Assembly (NCBI GenBank): GCA_965248445.1
Contig: CBDFJG010000004.1
Coordinates: 832,001 to 896,000 of the forward strand
From: Planctomycetota bacterium
GTDB taxonomy: Bacteria; Planctomycetota; JAJSAM01; JAJVHW01
Direction: 5' to 3'
Length of the DNA: 64,000 nucleotides
The notes under the pieces are model-generated. The model did not search any database, was not told the origin of the DNA, and worked only from the letters and a program-made list of their open reading frames with translations. The position numbers were made by a program, and so were the translations under genes. This document shows, piece after piece, positions 50,581 through 61,054 of this stretch. Positions within the stretch are counted from its first letter, which is position 1. The number at the start of each line of letters is the position of its first letter.

Positions 50581-51260
50581 ACAACACCGTGCGCGCGCTG
50601 GTCATCGTCTCGCTGGTCGTCGCGGCGATCGGCGTCCACATGTTCCGGTCGATGGTCGCCCCGGGCGATCCCGACCCCATCCGCATCGCCGCGGTGCAGC
50701 GTCGCCTCGACGCGCTACCCATGACGCTCGCGGATGGAAAGTACACCGGCGTGCGGCAGAACCACGAGCAGGAGCTCGTCGTCAAGTCCGGCGCCGACAG
50801 CCACGCCGCCGCGGCGTTTGCCACCGAGAATCACGCGCTCCAGTTCAACATCTACATTGGCGGCTCCACCAACCCCGACCTCGCGTTTCACGCGCCGAGC
50901 GTCTGCCTGCCAGCCGCCGGCTGGGAGCTCGCCGACGATCGGTTGGTGGAGTTCGAGGCGTTCGCTGCCGACTCTCCCGACAGTCAGATGCGCCGCCTGC
51001 ACGTCAGGTTCGGCAACGACGAGAGGCTCTGCTACTTCTGGTTCCAGTCGGGAACGGACATCGCGCCCTCGATCTGGAAGGCTCGCTTCTTCAACTTCCG
51101 CGAGCGCCTCGGTGGCGAGCGGAATTCCCCGACGTACATCGTTGTCGTCTACGCGCCGATACGGGAGAGCGTGCGTCACACCGATCAGGCGGCGCGGCTC
51201 TTCATGAAGGCCCTGGGTCCCCAGATTCTGAGCGCCGTCGCAGAAGATCACGACGGATGA
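50577..51260 (+). CDS. EpsI-family exosortase-associated protein
   Basis: ATGA coupling; FHAPSVCLPAAGW, CYFWFQ. Confidence 0.88.
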   Translation: MNNTVRALVIVSLVVAAIGVHMFRSMVAPGDPDPIRIAAVQRRLDALPMTLADGKYTGVRQNHEQELVVKSGADSHAAAAFATENHALQFNIYIGGSTNPDLAFHAPSVCLPAAGWELADDRLVEFEAFAADSPDSQMRRLHVRFGNDERLCYFWFQSGTDIAPSIWKARFFNFRERLGGERNSPTYIVVVYAPIRESVRHTDQAARLFMKALGPQILSAVAEDHDG

Positions 51261-54159
51261 CGAGTTCTGAGCCCCCTCCAGGCGCCGGGTCCTCGCGGCG
51301 CATCTGGGTCGTCGTACTCGCGTTCGTGCTCGCAGCCCTCGGCGTTGCGACCTGGCTGGCTGTCACGCGCGGGATGCGCCGCTCCGACCTCTACGCAGTC
51401 GCGCTCACCGAGTTCGCAGCCGGCGATCGCGCGACTGCCGAGAGTCTGCTACGCCAGCTCCTCGACGCCAACTCGGAAAACCCGAACGCTCGCAAGAAGC
51501 TGATCGAGATGCTCCTCGAGGACGAGCGCTTCGAAGAAGCCCGCGAGTTGGCAGAAGTCTGGACCGATCTCAACGCCCGACCGCACCTCGGCTGGGCCTA
51601 CCGGATCGAGGTGGAGCTGCGACAGGCACATCTGGCTGAGGCCGAGAAGCTCGCACGCGACGTCATCGACCGCATGCCCGAGCTCTCGCTGACGACCATC
51701 GTCCGGGTACGCGACGCGCTCGGTACGTACTCCGACCGCTGGGAAGCGCAGAAGGCCGCGGTCCACGTGGCAACGATCACCGATACGCCCGTGCGCAAGT
51801 CGATCAACTTGCTCTTCGCGGCGGAGACCATTCTGGACATCGCCCCCTCGATGACGGCGGGCGCCTCCGGTCCTGCCAGACAGATCGCTCGGCGCTACCT
51901 CGACGAGGCGCTCGACACGCTCGACGAAGCGACCCCCACCGGCAGCGAGAGCGACGAGGCACGTCGAGTACGCGCGCGCATCCTGCTCCTGTCAGAAGAT
52001 GAGTGGGAGCGCGAGAGCGGCGAGAAGACCCTCAACGCCATTCTGGACGCCAACCCGAGAGACTTCGAGTCGCACGCCGCGATGGCGACGTTCTACGCCG
52101 CGCAGCAGGACTGGAAGAGCGCTGTCGGCAAGGTCCAAGACCTGTCAGGCGCGAGCCGCCCGTACCTGATCTGGCTTCGCGCCGTGCGGCGCCTCGCCTC
52201 TCGCGCCCCGTTCGACATCGTTCTCCCGCTACTCGAAGCCTCGCAGCGTCCTGACGAGCCGCTCTTCGTGTTGCTGCGAGCCGGCGTCCTGCTCCGGGAG
52301 TTCGAGCGCGGAGGCAAGGAGGCGTACCGGGAGCAGGCAGCCGAGATGCTGTTCGGGCTTGCCGATCCGAATCGCGATGACGTCGACCGACGCATGCTCG
52401 TCGCCGCCTGCCGTCTCCTCGCAGCGAGCGGCGAACAGAAGCGAGCCCTGGGCCTCCTTGAACGGATTCCCGACGACGAACTCGACGCCGCCGACCGCGC
52501 GCTGCTCGGCAGCGGTCTCGGCGGCGGGACCGATCGCGCGGAGAGACTGCTCGACGGACTGTCCGGACGCGTCCGGACCCTGCGCGAGAGCATCCGCGTG
52601 CTGAGCGTGCTTCAGCGCAGCGACGACGACACCGTGTCCGCCTACCTGAATTCTCCCATCACCGCCGGAGGCGACGACGGCGCGCGTCTCCACTTGATGC
52701 GCGCAGTGTCGGCAGCAACGTTCGGTCGCCGGACACCTCCCGGCACGCGGCAGACGATCCTGCTGGACGCGGCCAAGCGCGACCTTCGAGCCATCTCCGA
52801 GACAGCGCCCAAGGAGACGCTTGCCGACGCCTTCCGGCTGTCGCTCGGCGTGCAGGAGTACGAGCTCGCCGGGATGCACCTCGGACGCGCGCTCGCGAAA
52901 GAGGGTCGGCCGTACGCTCTCTCACTCTTCGCCCTCGCACTGGGCCGCAACACCAAGGAAGCCGACGTCCGCGCGGCCATCGCGACAGGCATCCGGTCGG
53001 CCGCCGTGGACTCGAACGCAGAGCGCTACCAGCTCGCCGTGGCAGACGCCATCGAGACGCCGCCCGCAGCGAGCCCGGTTCGCAGACCGCCGCGCTCATC
53101 CTGGGCACCCAGCTGGCGAACGCAGACAAGGACTTCGACGACTCACGGCGCCTGGCCGAGACGCTCGTCGCGGCCCGTCCCGACTCGGAGTATGCGCGCG
53201 CGTTGCTCGGCGACCACTACCTCCGAGACAAGGACTTCTCGGCCCTCCTCGAACTCCACGACGGGAACACCGGCGACGATGTGGACGCCACCCGGCAGCG
53301 CGTTCTCGCTCTCTTCGAACTCGGGCAGGAGACCGAAGCGATCGCCCTCGCACGCAAGGCCACGAGAGCGCATGGCGATCGCAGCGACGAACCCCACCTC
53401 CTCCTGGCCCACCTCCTGAAGCGGACGCGACAGCCCATGCGCGCCCTGGGGGCCCTCGCCACGGCACCCAGCACCACTCGCGTGCTGCTGTTCCGCGCGC
53501 AGTTGTTGACCGATAGCGGAGAGCTGTGGGCCGCAGAGACGCTCTACGTCAACCTGCTTGCTCGCGCGTCCGAAGCCGACAACCGGACCGCGTGGTTGGG
53601 GATCAGCAACGTTCTCTCGCGGCAAGAGCGACACCCAGACCTGGTCGAGGTCCTGACGCGGGTACTTGAACCGCGTGACTCACAGTTGCCCGAAGCACTT
53701 CTCAGCACTCTGCACACGCTGCGTGGTAGCGCACGCGAGCGCCTTCCTGATTTCGGCCTCGCGCTCGTCGACTACGAAGCGGCCATCGAATTGAACCCGA
53801 ACGAGATTGTGGCCCTCAACAACGCTGCGTGGTTGATCCACGAGATCGCGCTCGAGCGGATCGACGAGGCCCGGCGGTTCATCGACACAGCCCTCGAGCT
53901 TGCGCCCGAGAACCGGAGCGTGCTCGACACCGCCGCGGTCGTCTATCTGGCGCTGGGCCGTCGCGAGCAAGCGCTCGAGTACGCAGAACGCGCCCTCGCC
54001 AAGGAACGCAAGCCCGAGTATCTGATCCATCGCGCCAAGGCGCTCCGCGAACTCGGACGCGACTCGGAAGCGAGAAAGAGCCTCGTGGAGGTGTTGGAGT
54101 CCTCGCCAGGCACCAACGCCGCCGCCCAGGCTTCGCGCCTTCTCTCGGACTTCCAGTGA
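51257..54159 (+). pseudogene. membrane-anchored TPR protein (PrsT-like), frameshifted near 53050-53090
   Basis: N-terminal TM and TPR helices; continues in another frame as AALILGTQLA...ALNNAAWL...LDTAAVVY, typical of exosortase-locus TPR proteins. Confidence 0.75.
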
Positions 54160-54201
54160 TCCATGAGCCGTTGGCCTGCGGCAGTGAACCCGACATCCCT
54201 C

Positions 54202-54265
54202 TACGTCCTGTCGCTCAACTCCGACACCGTGGTCCATGGACGACGCCATCGGCAAGACGATCACG
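54202..54265 (+). pseudogene. possible GT2 remnant
   Basis: YVLSLNSDTVVH, frameshift, then DDAIGKTI resembles the GT2 NxD motif region. Confidence 0.4.
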
Positions 54266-54300
54266 TGCGCACGTCTTGAGCCGGTCCATCTGCCGTGCGC

Positions 54301-55800
54301 GTAACCGTTCACCCCTTCGTCGCGAGCCAGGATCCAGATCGTTCGGCCATCGGTCGATCAAGAGGTTGTGGGCGAGCGGCAGGACGAGGATCTGCGGGCG
54401 ATGGTCGAGGGCCTTCTGGCCTGGATCGAGGAGCTGGAGCGTCGCGAAGCGAAGCATCTGCGCCGCATCGACGAGCTCGAGTCGCGTCTGAAGCGTGACT
54501 CCCGCAACAGCTCGAGGCCTCCGTCGTCGGACCCGGCGTGGTCCAAGCGCCGTCGCGGCCGAAGGCCGCGTAGCGGTCGCCAGCAGGGCGGACAGCCGGG
54601 CCATGAGGGCACGGCGCGCGAGCTGGTGGATCCGTCCAACGTCGATGAGACCAAGGAGCACCGTCCCGACCTCTGCGACGCGTGCGGACACGACGATCTC
54701 GAGCAGGGCATCGGCGATCCGTACCGGCACCAGGTGACGGTGCTCCCGCGCGTGCTCGTCACGGTGCGGGAGCACCGGCTGCACAAGGCGCGGTGCCGGC
54801 GCTGTCGTGCGGTCACGACGGCGGTCCTGCCCGATGGCGTGCCGACCGGGGCCTTCGGTCCGCGGCTGACCACACTTGCCGGCGCGCTGCGCGGCGTGTA
54901 CCGCGTGAGCGTGCGGGAGACGCAGCGGCTGCTCGGTGAGATCTTCGGTGTGAAGATGTCGCTGGGCAAGATCAGCGACTGTGAGCGTCGGCTCAGTGAC
55001 GCTCTGCACTCGTCGTACCTCGAAGCCCTCGGGGCAGTCCGCACGTCGCTGCGAGCCAACGTGGACGAGACGTCGTGGAAGGAACGGGGCCGGGTGTGCT
55101 GGCTGTGGGCGGCGGAGAGCGAGCACGCCACAGCCTTCGGGATCGATCGCCGCCGCAGTGCCAAGGCGAAAGGGCGGCTGATCGGGCGGCGTTTCGGTGG
55201 CACGGTGATCAGCGACCGGATGGGTGCCTACGAGTCACACCCACTTGCCCGCCGCCAGCTCTGCTGGGCGCACATCGAGCGCGCCTTCCGTGCGCTGGCC
55301 GAAGGCCCGCGAGGACATCGCCGCTTCGGCAACAAGGGCGTCATGATCGCGCAGTCGGTCATGCGCAGCTACCGGCTCTTCGGTGAGCACGGCGACCGTG
55401 ACCGGCTGCAAGGCGAAGCCGCTGTGCTGCGCGGACGGCTCGAGCGACTGATCGCGAACGACGACTCGGCTCTGGCCAACCATCTGCGCCCCCGCGTGGT
55501 CGCCCTCTTCACCTATGCGCGGACCCAGGACGTGAGTCCGACGAACAACGCCGCCGAGCGCGCGGTCCGCAAAGCGGTGCTCTGGCGCAAGGGCTCCTTC
55601 GGAAGCCAGTCCGCTCGCGGACTCCGTTTCGCCGAGCGCGTGTTGACCGCCGCGGCCACGCTGCGACGCCGTGGCAACCAAGTCTTCGACTTCCTCGCCG
55701 ACTCGGTCGCCGCGCACCTCACCGGCGCCGACCCGCCCGTCATGGTCCCGCTGCCCGTCGCACGCTGAGGCTCACACGCTGTCAAGGGGTGAACGGTTAC
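54301..55800 (+). mobile_element. IS66-family (single-ORF, ISBst12-like) element, 1500 bp
   Basis: TIRs GTAACCGTTCACCCCTT / AAGGGGTGAACGGTTAC; no matching TSD. Confidence 0.92.
54368..55768 (+). CDS. IS66 transposase
   Basis: NSSRPPSSD, GGQPGH, VDETSW, SDRMGAY, CWAH, TNNAAERAVR. Confidence 0.93.
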   Translation: MGERQDEDLRAMVEGLLAWIEELERREAKHLRRIDELESRLKRDSRNSSRPPSSDPAWSKRRRGRRPRSGRQQGGQPGHEGTARELVDPSNVDETKEHRPDLCDACGHDDLEQGIGDPYRHQVTVLPRVLVTVREHRLHKARCRRCRAVTTAVLPDGVPTGAFGPRLTTLAGALRGVYRVSVRETQRLLGEIFGVKMSLGKISDCERRLSDALHSSYLEALGAVRTSLRANVDETSWKERGRVCWLWAAESEHATAFGIDRRRSAKAKGRLIGRRFGGTVISDRMGAYESHPLARRQLCWAHIERAFRALAEGPRGHRRFGNKGVMIAQSVMRSYRLFGEHGDRDRLQGEAAVLRGRLERLIANDDSALANHLRPRVVALFTYARTQDVSPTNNAAERAVRKAVLWRKGSFGSQSARGLRFAERVLTAAATLRRRGNQVFDFLADSVAAHLTGADPPVMVPLPVAR

Positions 55801-56483
55801 CACAGTCGCTGATCTTGCCCAGCGACATCTTCACACCGAAGATCTCACCGAGCAGCCGCTGCGTCTCCCGCACGCTCACGCGGTACACGCCGCGCAGCGC
55901 GCCGGCAAGTGTGGTCAGCCGCGGACCGAAGGCCCCGGTCGGCACGCCATCGGGCAGGACCGCCGTCGTGACCGCACGACAGCGCCGGCACCGCGCCTTG
56001 TGCAGCCGGTGCTCCCGCACCGTGACGAGCACGCGCGGGAGCACCGTCACCTGGTGCCGGTACGGATCGCCGATGCCCTGCTCGAGATCGTCGTGTCCGC
56101 ACGCGTCGCAGAGGTCGGGACGGTGGTCCTTGGTCTCATCGACGTTGGACGGATCCACCAGCTCGCGCGCCGTGCCCTCATGGCCCGGCTGTCCGCCCTG
56201 CTGGCGACCGCTACGCGGCCTTCGGCCGCGACGGCGCTTGGGCCACGCCGGGTCCGACGACGGAGGCCTCGAGCTGTTGCGGGAGTCACGCTTCAGACGC
56301 GACTCGAGCTCGTCGATGCGGCGCAGATGCTTCGCTTCGCGACGCTCCAGCTCCTCGATCCAGGCCAGAAGGCCCTCGACCATCGCCCGCAGATCCTCGT
56401 CCTGCCGCTCGCCCACAACATCTTGATCGACCGATGGCCGAACGATCTGGATCCTGGCTCGCGACGAAGGGGTGAACGGTTAC
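55801..56483 (-). mobile_element. inverted 5' fragment (683 bp) of the same IS66
   Basis: Matches 54301-54983 in reverse, with at least 3 substitutions; abuts the right TIR of the full copy. Confidence 0.9.
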
Positions 56484-56492
56484 CCTCATCCG

Positions 56493-56727
56493 ATGGCTCG
56501 CTCACCATCGCGATATCTCGCGTATTCGTTGGCGGCCGCGCTGGTCGCGGCTCTGTTCGTGGGGGACCCCGCCACGGCGGGCGATCAAGAGATCGCCAAC
56601 ATCCAGGCCGTCTGCGAGTCGCCGATCGGCTTCTCGCGTCGCGCGGCACTCTTGGACGACTTGCGCAAGAAGGACACATCCTCCTCGCGCAATGCGCTTG
56701 AGGACATGGCCGCGAGCGACCGGGACG
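56493..56727 (+). pseudogene. 5' fragment of a secreted protein gene truncated by an IS3-family element
   Basis: MARSPSRYLAYSLAAALVAALFVGDPATA signal peptide, then a helical segment that runs into the IS end. Confidence 0.55.
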
Positions 56728-56760
56728 TGTCAACGACTTTGAGACACCGCGTCTTCGAGT

Positions 56761-57789
56761 TTAGTGAGCAGCCTCCTGTGTCGCAGTCTCCAGCGCCGCG
56801 AGTTCCCGGGCCGGCGGGTTGATCCACGTCTCGGTCGGCAGAGCCGGCGGCGTCGGCGCACGGCGCACGAAGCGCTCGGGATGCGCCGCGTACGCGGCAT
56901 CGAGCACGACCGAGCGCGCGGCGACGGCCGCTTCGGCGCGGCCGTAGTGCACGGTCTCGGGCGTCAGCAGCCCGAGACTCGAGTGACGATGCTCGCGGTT
57001 GTACCAGTGGAAAAAGGCGCGGCAGTGCGCCCGCGCGTCCTCGATGCAGCCGAAGCGCGCTGGGAAGTCCGGCCGGTACTTCAGCGTGCGGAATTGGCTC
57101 TCGGAAAACGGATTGTCATTCGACGTGTACGGCCGGCTGTGCGACTTCGTCACGCCGAGATCGGCGAGCAGAAAGGCCACCGGCTTGCTGATCATCGGCG
57201 GCCCCCGATCGGAGTGGATCGTGAGCTGCTCCGCCGCGATCCCCTGCTTCTCGCAGGACTGCTCGATGAGTGCCGTCGCCAGCGCACCGCTCTCGCAGTC
57301 CGCCAGCATCCAGCCCACGACGTTGCGGGAGTAGATGTCGAGCACGACGTAGAGATAGAAGTAGCTCCACTTCACCGGGCCGCGGAGCTTGGTGATGTCC
57401 CAGCTCCAGACCTGGTTCGGGGAGGTCGCGAGGAGCTCGGGCTTCTTGTACGCGGGATGACGCAGCTGGTTGCGGCGCTCACGCACAGCACCAGCCGCAC
57501 CGAGGATGCGGTACATCGTGCGCACCGAGCACAGGTAGCGTCCCTCGTCGAGCAGGATCGCCCACGCCGCAAGCGGTGACAGATCGCAGAAGCGCTCCTC
57601 GCTCAGCACCGCGAGTACGGTAAGACGCTCGTCGATCGTGAGGGCGCGCGGCGAGCGCCGGCGCGGCTGCTGGGGCCGGGGGCACGTGCGTGCCGTTCGG
57701 CGCCGATAGAGCGTGGCGCGCGTGACTCCGAGCGCGCGGCACGCGGGGGCGACGCCCACGCGTCCCCCCAGCTCCTCCGCCGCAATCAC
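56761..57789 (-). CDS. IS3-family transposase OrfB (integrase core)
   Basis: WSWDITKL, IHSDRG, DNPFSESQFRTLK. Confidence 0.92.
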   Translation of the reverse strand: MIAAEELGGRVGVAPACRALGVTRATLYRRRTARTCPRPQQPRRRSPRALTIDERLTVLAVLSEERFCDLSPLAAWAILLDEGRYLCSVRTMYRILGAAGAVRERRNQLRHPAYKKPELLATSPNQVWSWDITKLRGPVKWSYFYLYVVLDIYSRNVVGWMLADCESGALATALIEQSCEKQGIAAEQLTIHSDRGPPMISKPVAFLLADLGVTKSHSRPYTSNDNPFSESQFRTLKYRPDFPARFGCIEDARAHCRAFFHWYNREHRHSSLGLLTPETVHYGRAEAAVAARSVVLDAAYAAHPERFVRRAPTPPALPTETWINPPARELAALETATQEAAH

Positions 57790-58289
57790 GTGTCGCTCCC
57801 GCTCGTCTCGGGCATCTCGATGCCCAGCAGCCGTGAGACTTTTCGCTGCACGTCGATGATCACCTCGGCCGTCTCGAGCCGCTTCTCGAGACGGGCGACT
57901 TCGCGCTCGAGCTGCTCGTTGCGCTTCTTGAGCGCACGGTCCGGATCGGGCTTGGGACCACGCCGCTTGGGCGAGAGCGCCTCGAGCTGGCCCTGGTCCC
58001 GCGCGCGCCGCCACGTCAACAAGTGCGAGGAGTACAGCCCCTCACGGCGCAAGAGAGCGCCGATCTCGCCGGGCTTCGTGCACGCGTCCGCCGCCTCGAT
58101 GATCCGTAGCTTGTACGCGGCGCCAAAGCGCCGCCGCGAGGCGCGCGGCACGACCTCGGGGTCGCGCACCCCAACGTCCCCCGGGCCGCGCGCCCCGGGG
58201 GAGCCCCCTCCGCCTCGATCGCGCTCGCTATGCTCGCCCTCCCTCGGCTCCGGGATCTCCCCCGGCGCTGTGTTGTGGTTGTTCGTCAT
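57786..58289 (-). CDS. IS3-family transposase OrfA
   Basis: RRRFGAAYKLRI, GALLRREGLYSSHL..WR; GTGA-coupled to OrfB. Confidence 0.88.
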   Translation of the reverse strand: MTNNHNTAPGEIPEPREGEHSERDRGGGGSPGARGPGDVGVRDPEVVPRASRRRFGAAYKLRIIEAADACTKPGEIGALLRREGLYSSHLLTWRRARDQGQLEALSPKRRGPKPDPDRALKKRNEQLEREVARLEKRLETAEVIIDVQRKVSRLLGIEMPETSGSDT

Positions 58290-58396
58290 CGCTGGTTCCT
58301 CCACCGCCCTGCACAGTAATCATCCGTGGGGTCGTCGGTGTCTCAGCCACGTTGGCACAGAGGGCGATCTCGTGGGGTGGAGGGGCAGGGAGCTAC

Positions 58397-60046
58397 CTAG
58401 CCGCATCTGTTCACGAGACGTCGCGATGACGGTGCTTTCGGAGTCCACAGGGTCAGATCTTGGCCAGGCGAGGGCGGATGCTGTCGTCGTTGCCACAAGG
58501 GCAACGCGAGTGAGCGGCCGAAACGGCGCGGATTCTGCGGTGTGGGCAGACCGTAGGCCGGGCGGTGGTGTGGCGGACGGCGCGGCGGGACGTCAGGTCG
58601 GCTTCGGGGATGCCAGCAGTCGTTGCGCGCAGCGCTCGAAGACGTGCTGCCAGGGCCACGACGAGGACATCGAGACCCAGATCCGGCGCGTCGTGATCCG
58701 CACGAGCGCGCCGATCTTGAGCAGCCGCAGGCGGATCGTGCCGGCTTGCGCACGCGCCATCTCGGTGCCGGCGAGACCGATGCGTCGCAGCGCACAGGTC
58801 AGGACGTAGGCCATGGCCGACATGGCCATCCGCACGGCGTTGCCCTGCATCGTGTGCACCGACAGACGGGTGCCGAAGAGCTCGAGCTGCTGCTCCTTGA
58901 TGCGATTCTCCGCCTCGCCCCGGGCGCAGTAGAGCTGCTCGTAGAGACGCTTGCTGCTCCAGCTACGAGGCGGCAGATTGGTCACCACGAAGCGGGGATT
59001 GCGCTTGCCGCCCGGCAGGTGCTCGGCCTTGGCGACCACGCGACGCCTCTGGCTCCAGCTCCCCAGCGTGGTCCAGGCAAAGTCGCGAAAGACCCGGGCT
59101 GCTCGGCCGGTCTGCACGGCACGGGCTGCGGCCTCATCGAGCGCGTCTTCGACGTGTCGCTCAAGGCGCTCATTGCGCGCCATGCCCAGCAGGTAGAAGT
59201 GGCCGGCGGCCTCGCACCAGGCCATCAGCTCCTCGCGGCAAAAGCCCGAGTCTGCGCGCACGAGCACCTTGGCCCGGGGCCAGCGGCGCCGCAGACGTAA
59301 GACCAGCGCACGGAGCTCGTCCACGACTCCGCGCGCGGGATCTCTGTCAGCGGTCTGGAGCCGAGCGAGCAAGAGGTGCTCGCCGCAGAAGACGTACAGC
59401 GGCAGGTAGCAGTAGTGCCCGTAGTAGCCGTGGAAGAAGCGGCCCTCCTGCCGGCCGTGCAGCCGCACGTCGGAGTGGTCCAGGTCCAGCACGAGCAGGC
59501 CCGGATCCTCCGGCCCCATGGCCTCGCAGAAGACGTCGCTGAGCACGCTGTCCACGCGCTCCTGGTCCATCTCGATCTTGGCGTAGCGCGTCTGTGCCGT
59601 GGCGCCGAGCTGCGTGGTCTCGAGCCGCGAGAGCGTCGGGTGCGTGGCCAGAGCACCCTCGCGCTTGCCGCACGCCGCGGCAAACAGCGGGTCCTTGCCG
59701 ACATGGTCGTGGTCCACCAGATCCTCGTAGCCCGCGCACAGCCCGAAGACCCGCTGACGCAGCATCTGGCCGACCGTGTGCTCGACCCGACGCGGGTCCC
59801 GGTGGTCCCCGAAGCAGCGCGCAAACCGCGAGAGCAGATCGATGCGACGATCGGTCCGCTCGAGCAGCAGCACGCCCCCGTCGCTCGTCACGGTACCGGC
59901 GTCGAAGCGCGTCACCGCGGTGCGTCCACAGATGCCCGCGAAGAGGGTCCCCTGCGGGCTACAGTCTGTCGTCATCGGGCCGGCGCTCCTGTCGGTGCAA
60001 GTACTAGCGAGTACGAGCACTTAGACAGACGACGGCCCGCTCAGAT
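58397..60046 (-). mobile_element. IS1380-family element, left end cut by an IS3 insertion
   Basis: Transposase ORF; probable right end CTAGCCGCATCTGTTCACGAG; upstream sequence abuts the IS3 TIR at 60047. Confidence 0.75.
58593..59975 (-). CDS. IS1380 transposase
   Basis: TSDGGVLLL, LDLD, HGRQEG..FHGYY..YCYLPL, RADSGF, YCARGEAENRIKE. Confidence 0.92.
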   Translation of the reverse strand: MTTDCSPQGTLFAGICGRTAVTRFDAGTVTSDGGVLLLERTDRRIDLLSRFARCFGDHRDPRRVEHTVGQMLRQRVFGLCAGYEDLVDHDHVGKDPLFAAACGKREGALATHPTLSRLETTQLGATAQTRYAKIEMDQERVDSVLSDVFCEAMGPEDPGLLVLDLDHSDVRLHGRQEGRFFHGYYGHYCYLPLYVFCGEHLLLARLQTADRDPARGVVDELRALVLRLRRRWPRAKVLVRADSGFCREELMAWCEAAGHFYLLGMARNERLERHVEDALDEAAARAVQTGRAARVFRDFAWTTLGSWSQRRRVVAKAEHLPGGKRNPRFVVTNLPPRSWSSKRLYEQLYCARGEAENRIKEQQLELFGTRLSVHTMQGNAVRMAMSAMAYVLTCALRRIGLAGTEMARAQAGTIRLRLLKIGALVRITTRRIWVSMSSSWPWQHVFERCAQRLLASPKPT

Positions 60047-61054
60047 TGGAGTTCCCCCGGTTCGGTGGACACCCGACCACTGAGGTTGGGAGGATGTCCA
60101 GATGCCCAGATCGAGACCACCGTACGACGAGGAGTACAAGCGCCAGATCGTCGAGTTGCACCGCGCCGGCCGGAGCGTGATGAGCCTGTGCCGCGAGTTC
60201 GAGCCGACGGAGATGACGATCCGCAAGTGGATCAAGCAGGCCGCGCTGGACGCCGGAGAGCGTGACGACGGCTTGACCACCGCGGAGCGCGATGAGCTGC
60301 GCAAGCTCAGACGAGATGTGCGCCGGCTGCGCGAGGAGCGCGACATCTTGAAAAAAGCCGCGGCCTGGTTCGCTCGGGAGACGCGCTCGATCCCAGAGAA
60401 GGGTTCGGGTTCGTGAGCGATCACCAGGCAGAGCACGACGTGGCCACCATGTGTCGGGTCCTCGGCGTCTCGAGGAGCGGGTACTACGCATCGCGCGGCC
60501 GTGCGCCCTCGAAGAGAGATCGCGAGGACGCTGCCCTGACCGAGCGCGTCCGCGAGATCCACGAGCGCTCTCGCCAGACGTACGGATCACCGCGCATCCA
60601 TGCCGAGCTGCGCTACGAGGGCCTCCACATCGGTAGGAAGCGCGTCGAGCGCCTCATGCGCCAGGCTGGGATCGAGGGCGTGAGCCGCCGCAAGAGAGCC
60701 AAGACCACGAAGCGCTCGCAGCGTCAGGCGCCGGCCGCCGACCTGGTCGATCGCGACTTCACGGCCGACGCACCCGATCAGCTCTGGGTGGCCGACATCA
60801 CGTACGTGCCGACCTGGACGGGGTTCCTGTACCTGGCGGTCGTCCTCGACGTCTGGAGCCGCCGGATCGTCGGCTGGTCCATGGCCACGACGCTCCACAC
60901 CAAGATCGTGCTGGACGCACTCGAGATGGCCGTGCGCCAGCGCCAGCCCCTCGGAGTCGTCCACCACTCCGACCAGGGCTGCCAGTACACGTCGCTCGCC
61001 TTCGGGCGGCGCTGCAGAGAAGCGGGCGTCAGGCCGTCCATGGGATCGGTCGGA
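60047..61054 (+). mobile_element. IS3-family element, 3'-truncated by IS66
   Basis: Left end TGGAGTTCCCCCGG; OrfA 60102-60416; AAAAAAG -1 frameshift motif at 60351-60357; OrfB from 60413 has WVADITY and HHSDQG but lacks the DDE Glu. Confidence 0.88.

Larger units (their letters stand above)
56728..58357 (-). mobile_element. IS3-family element (ends may extend about 7 bp each side)
   Basis: TIRs TGTCAACGACTTTGAGACACC / GGTGTCTCAGCCACGTTGGCA. Confidence 0.85.
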
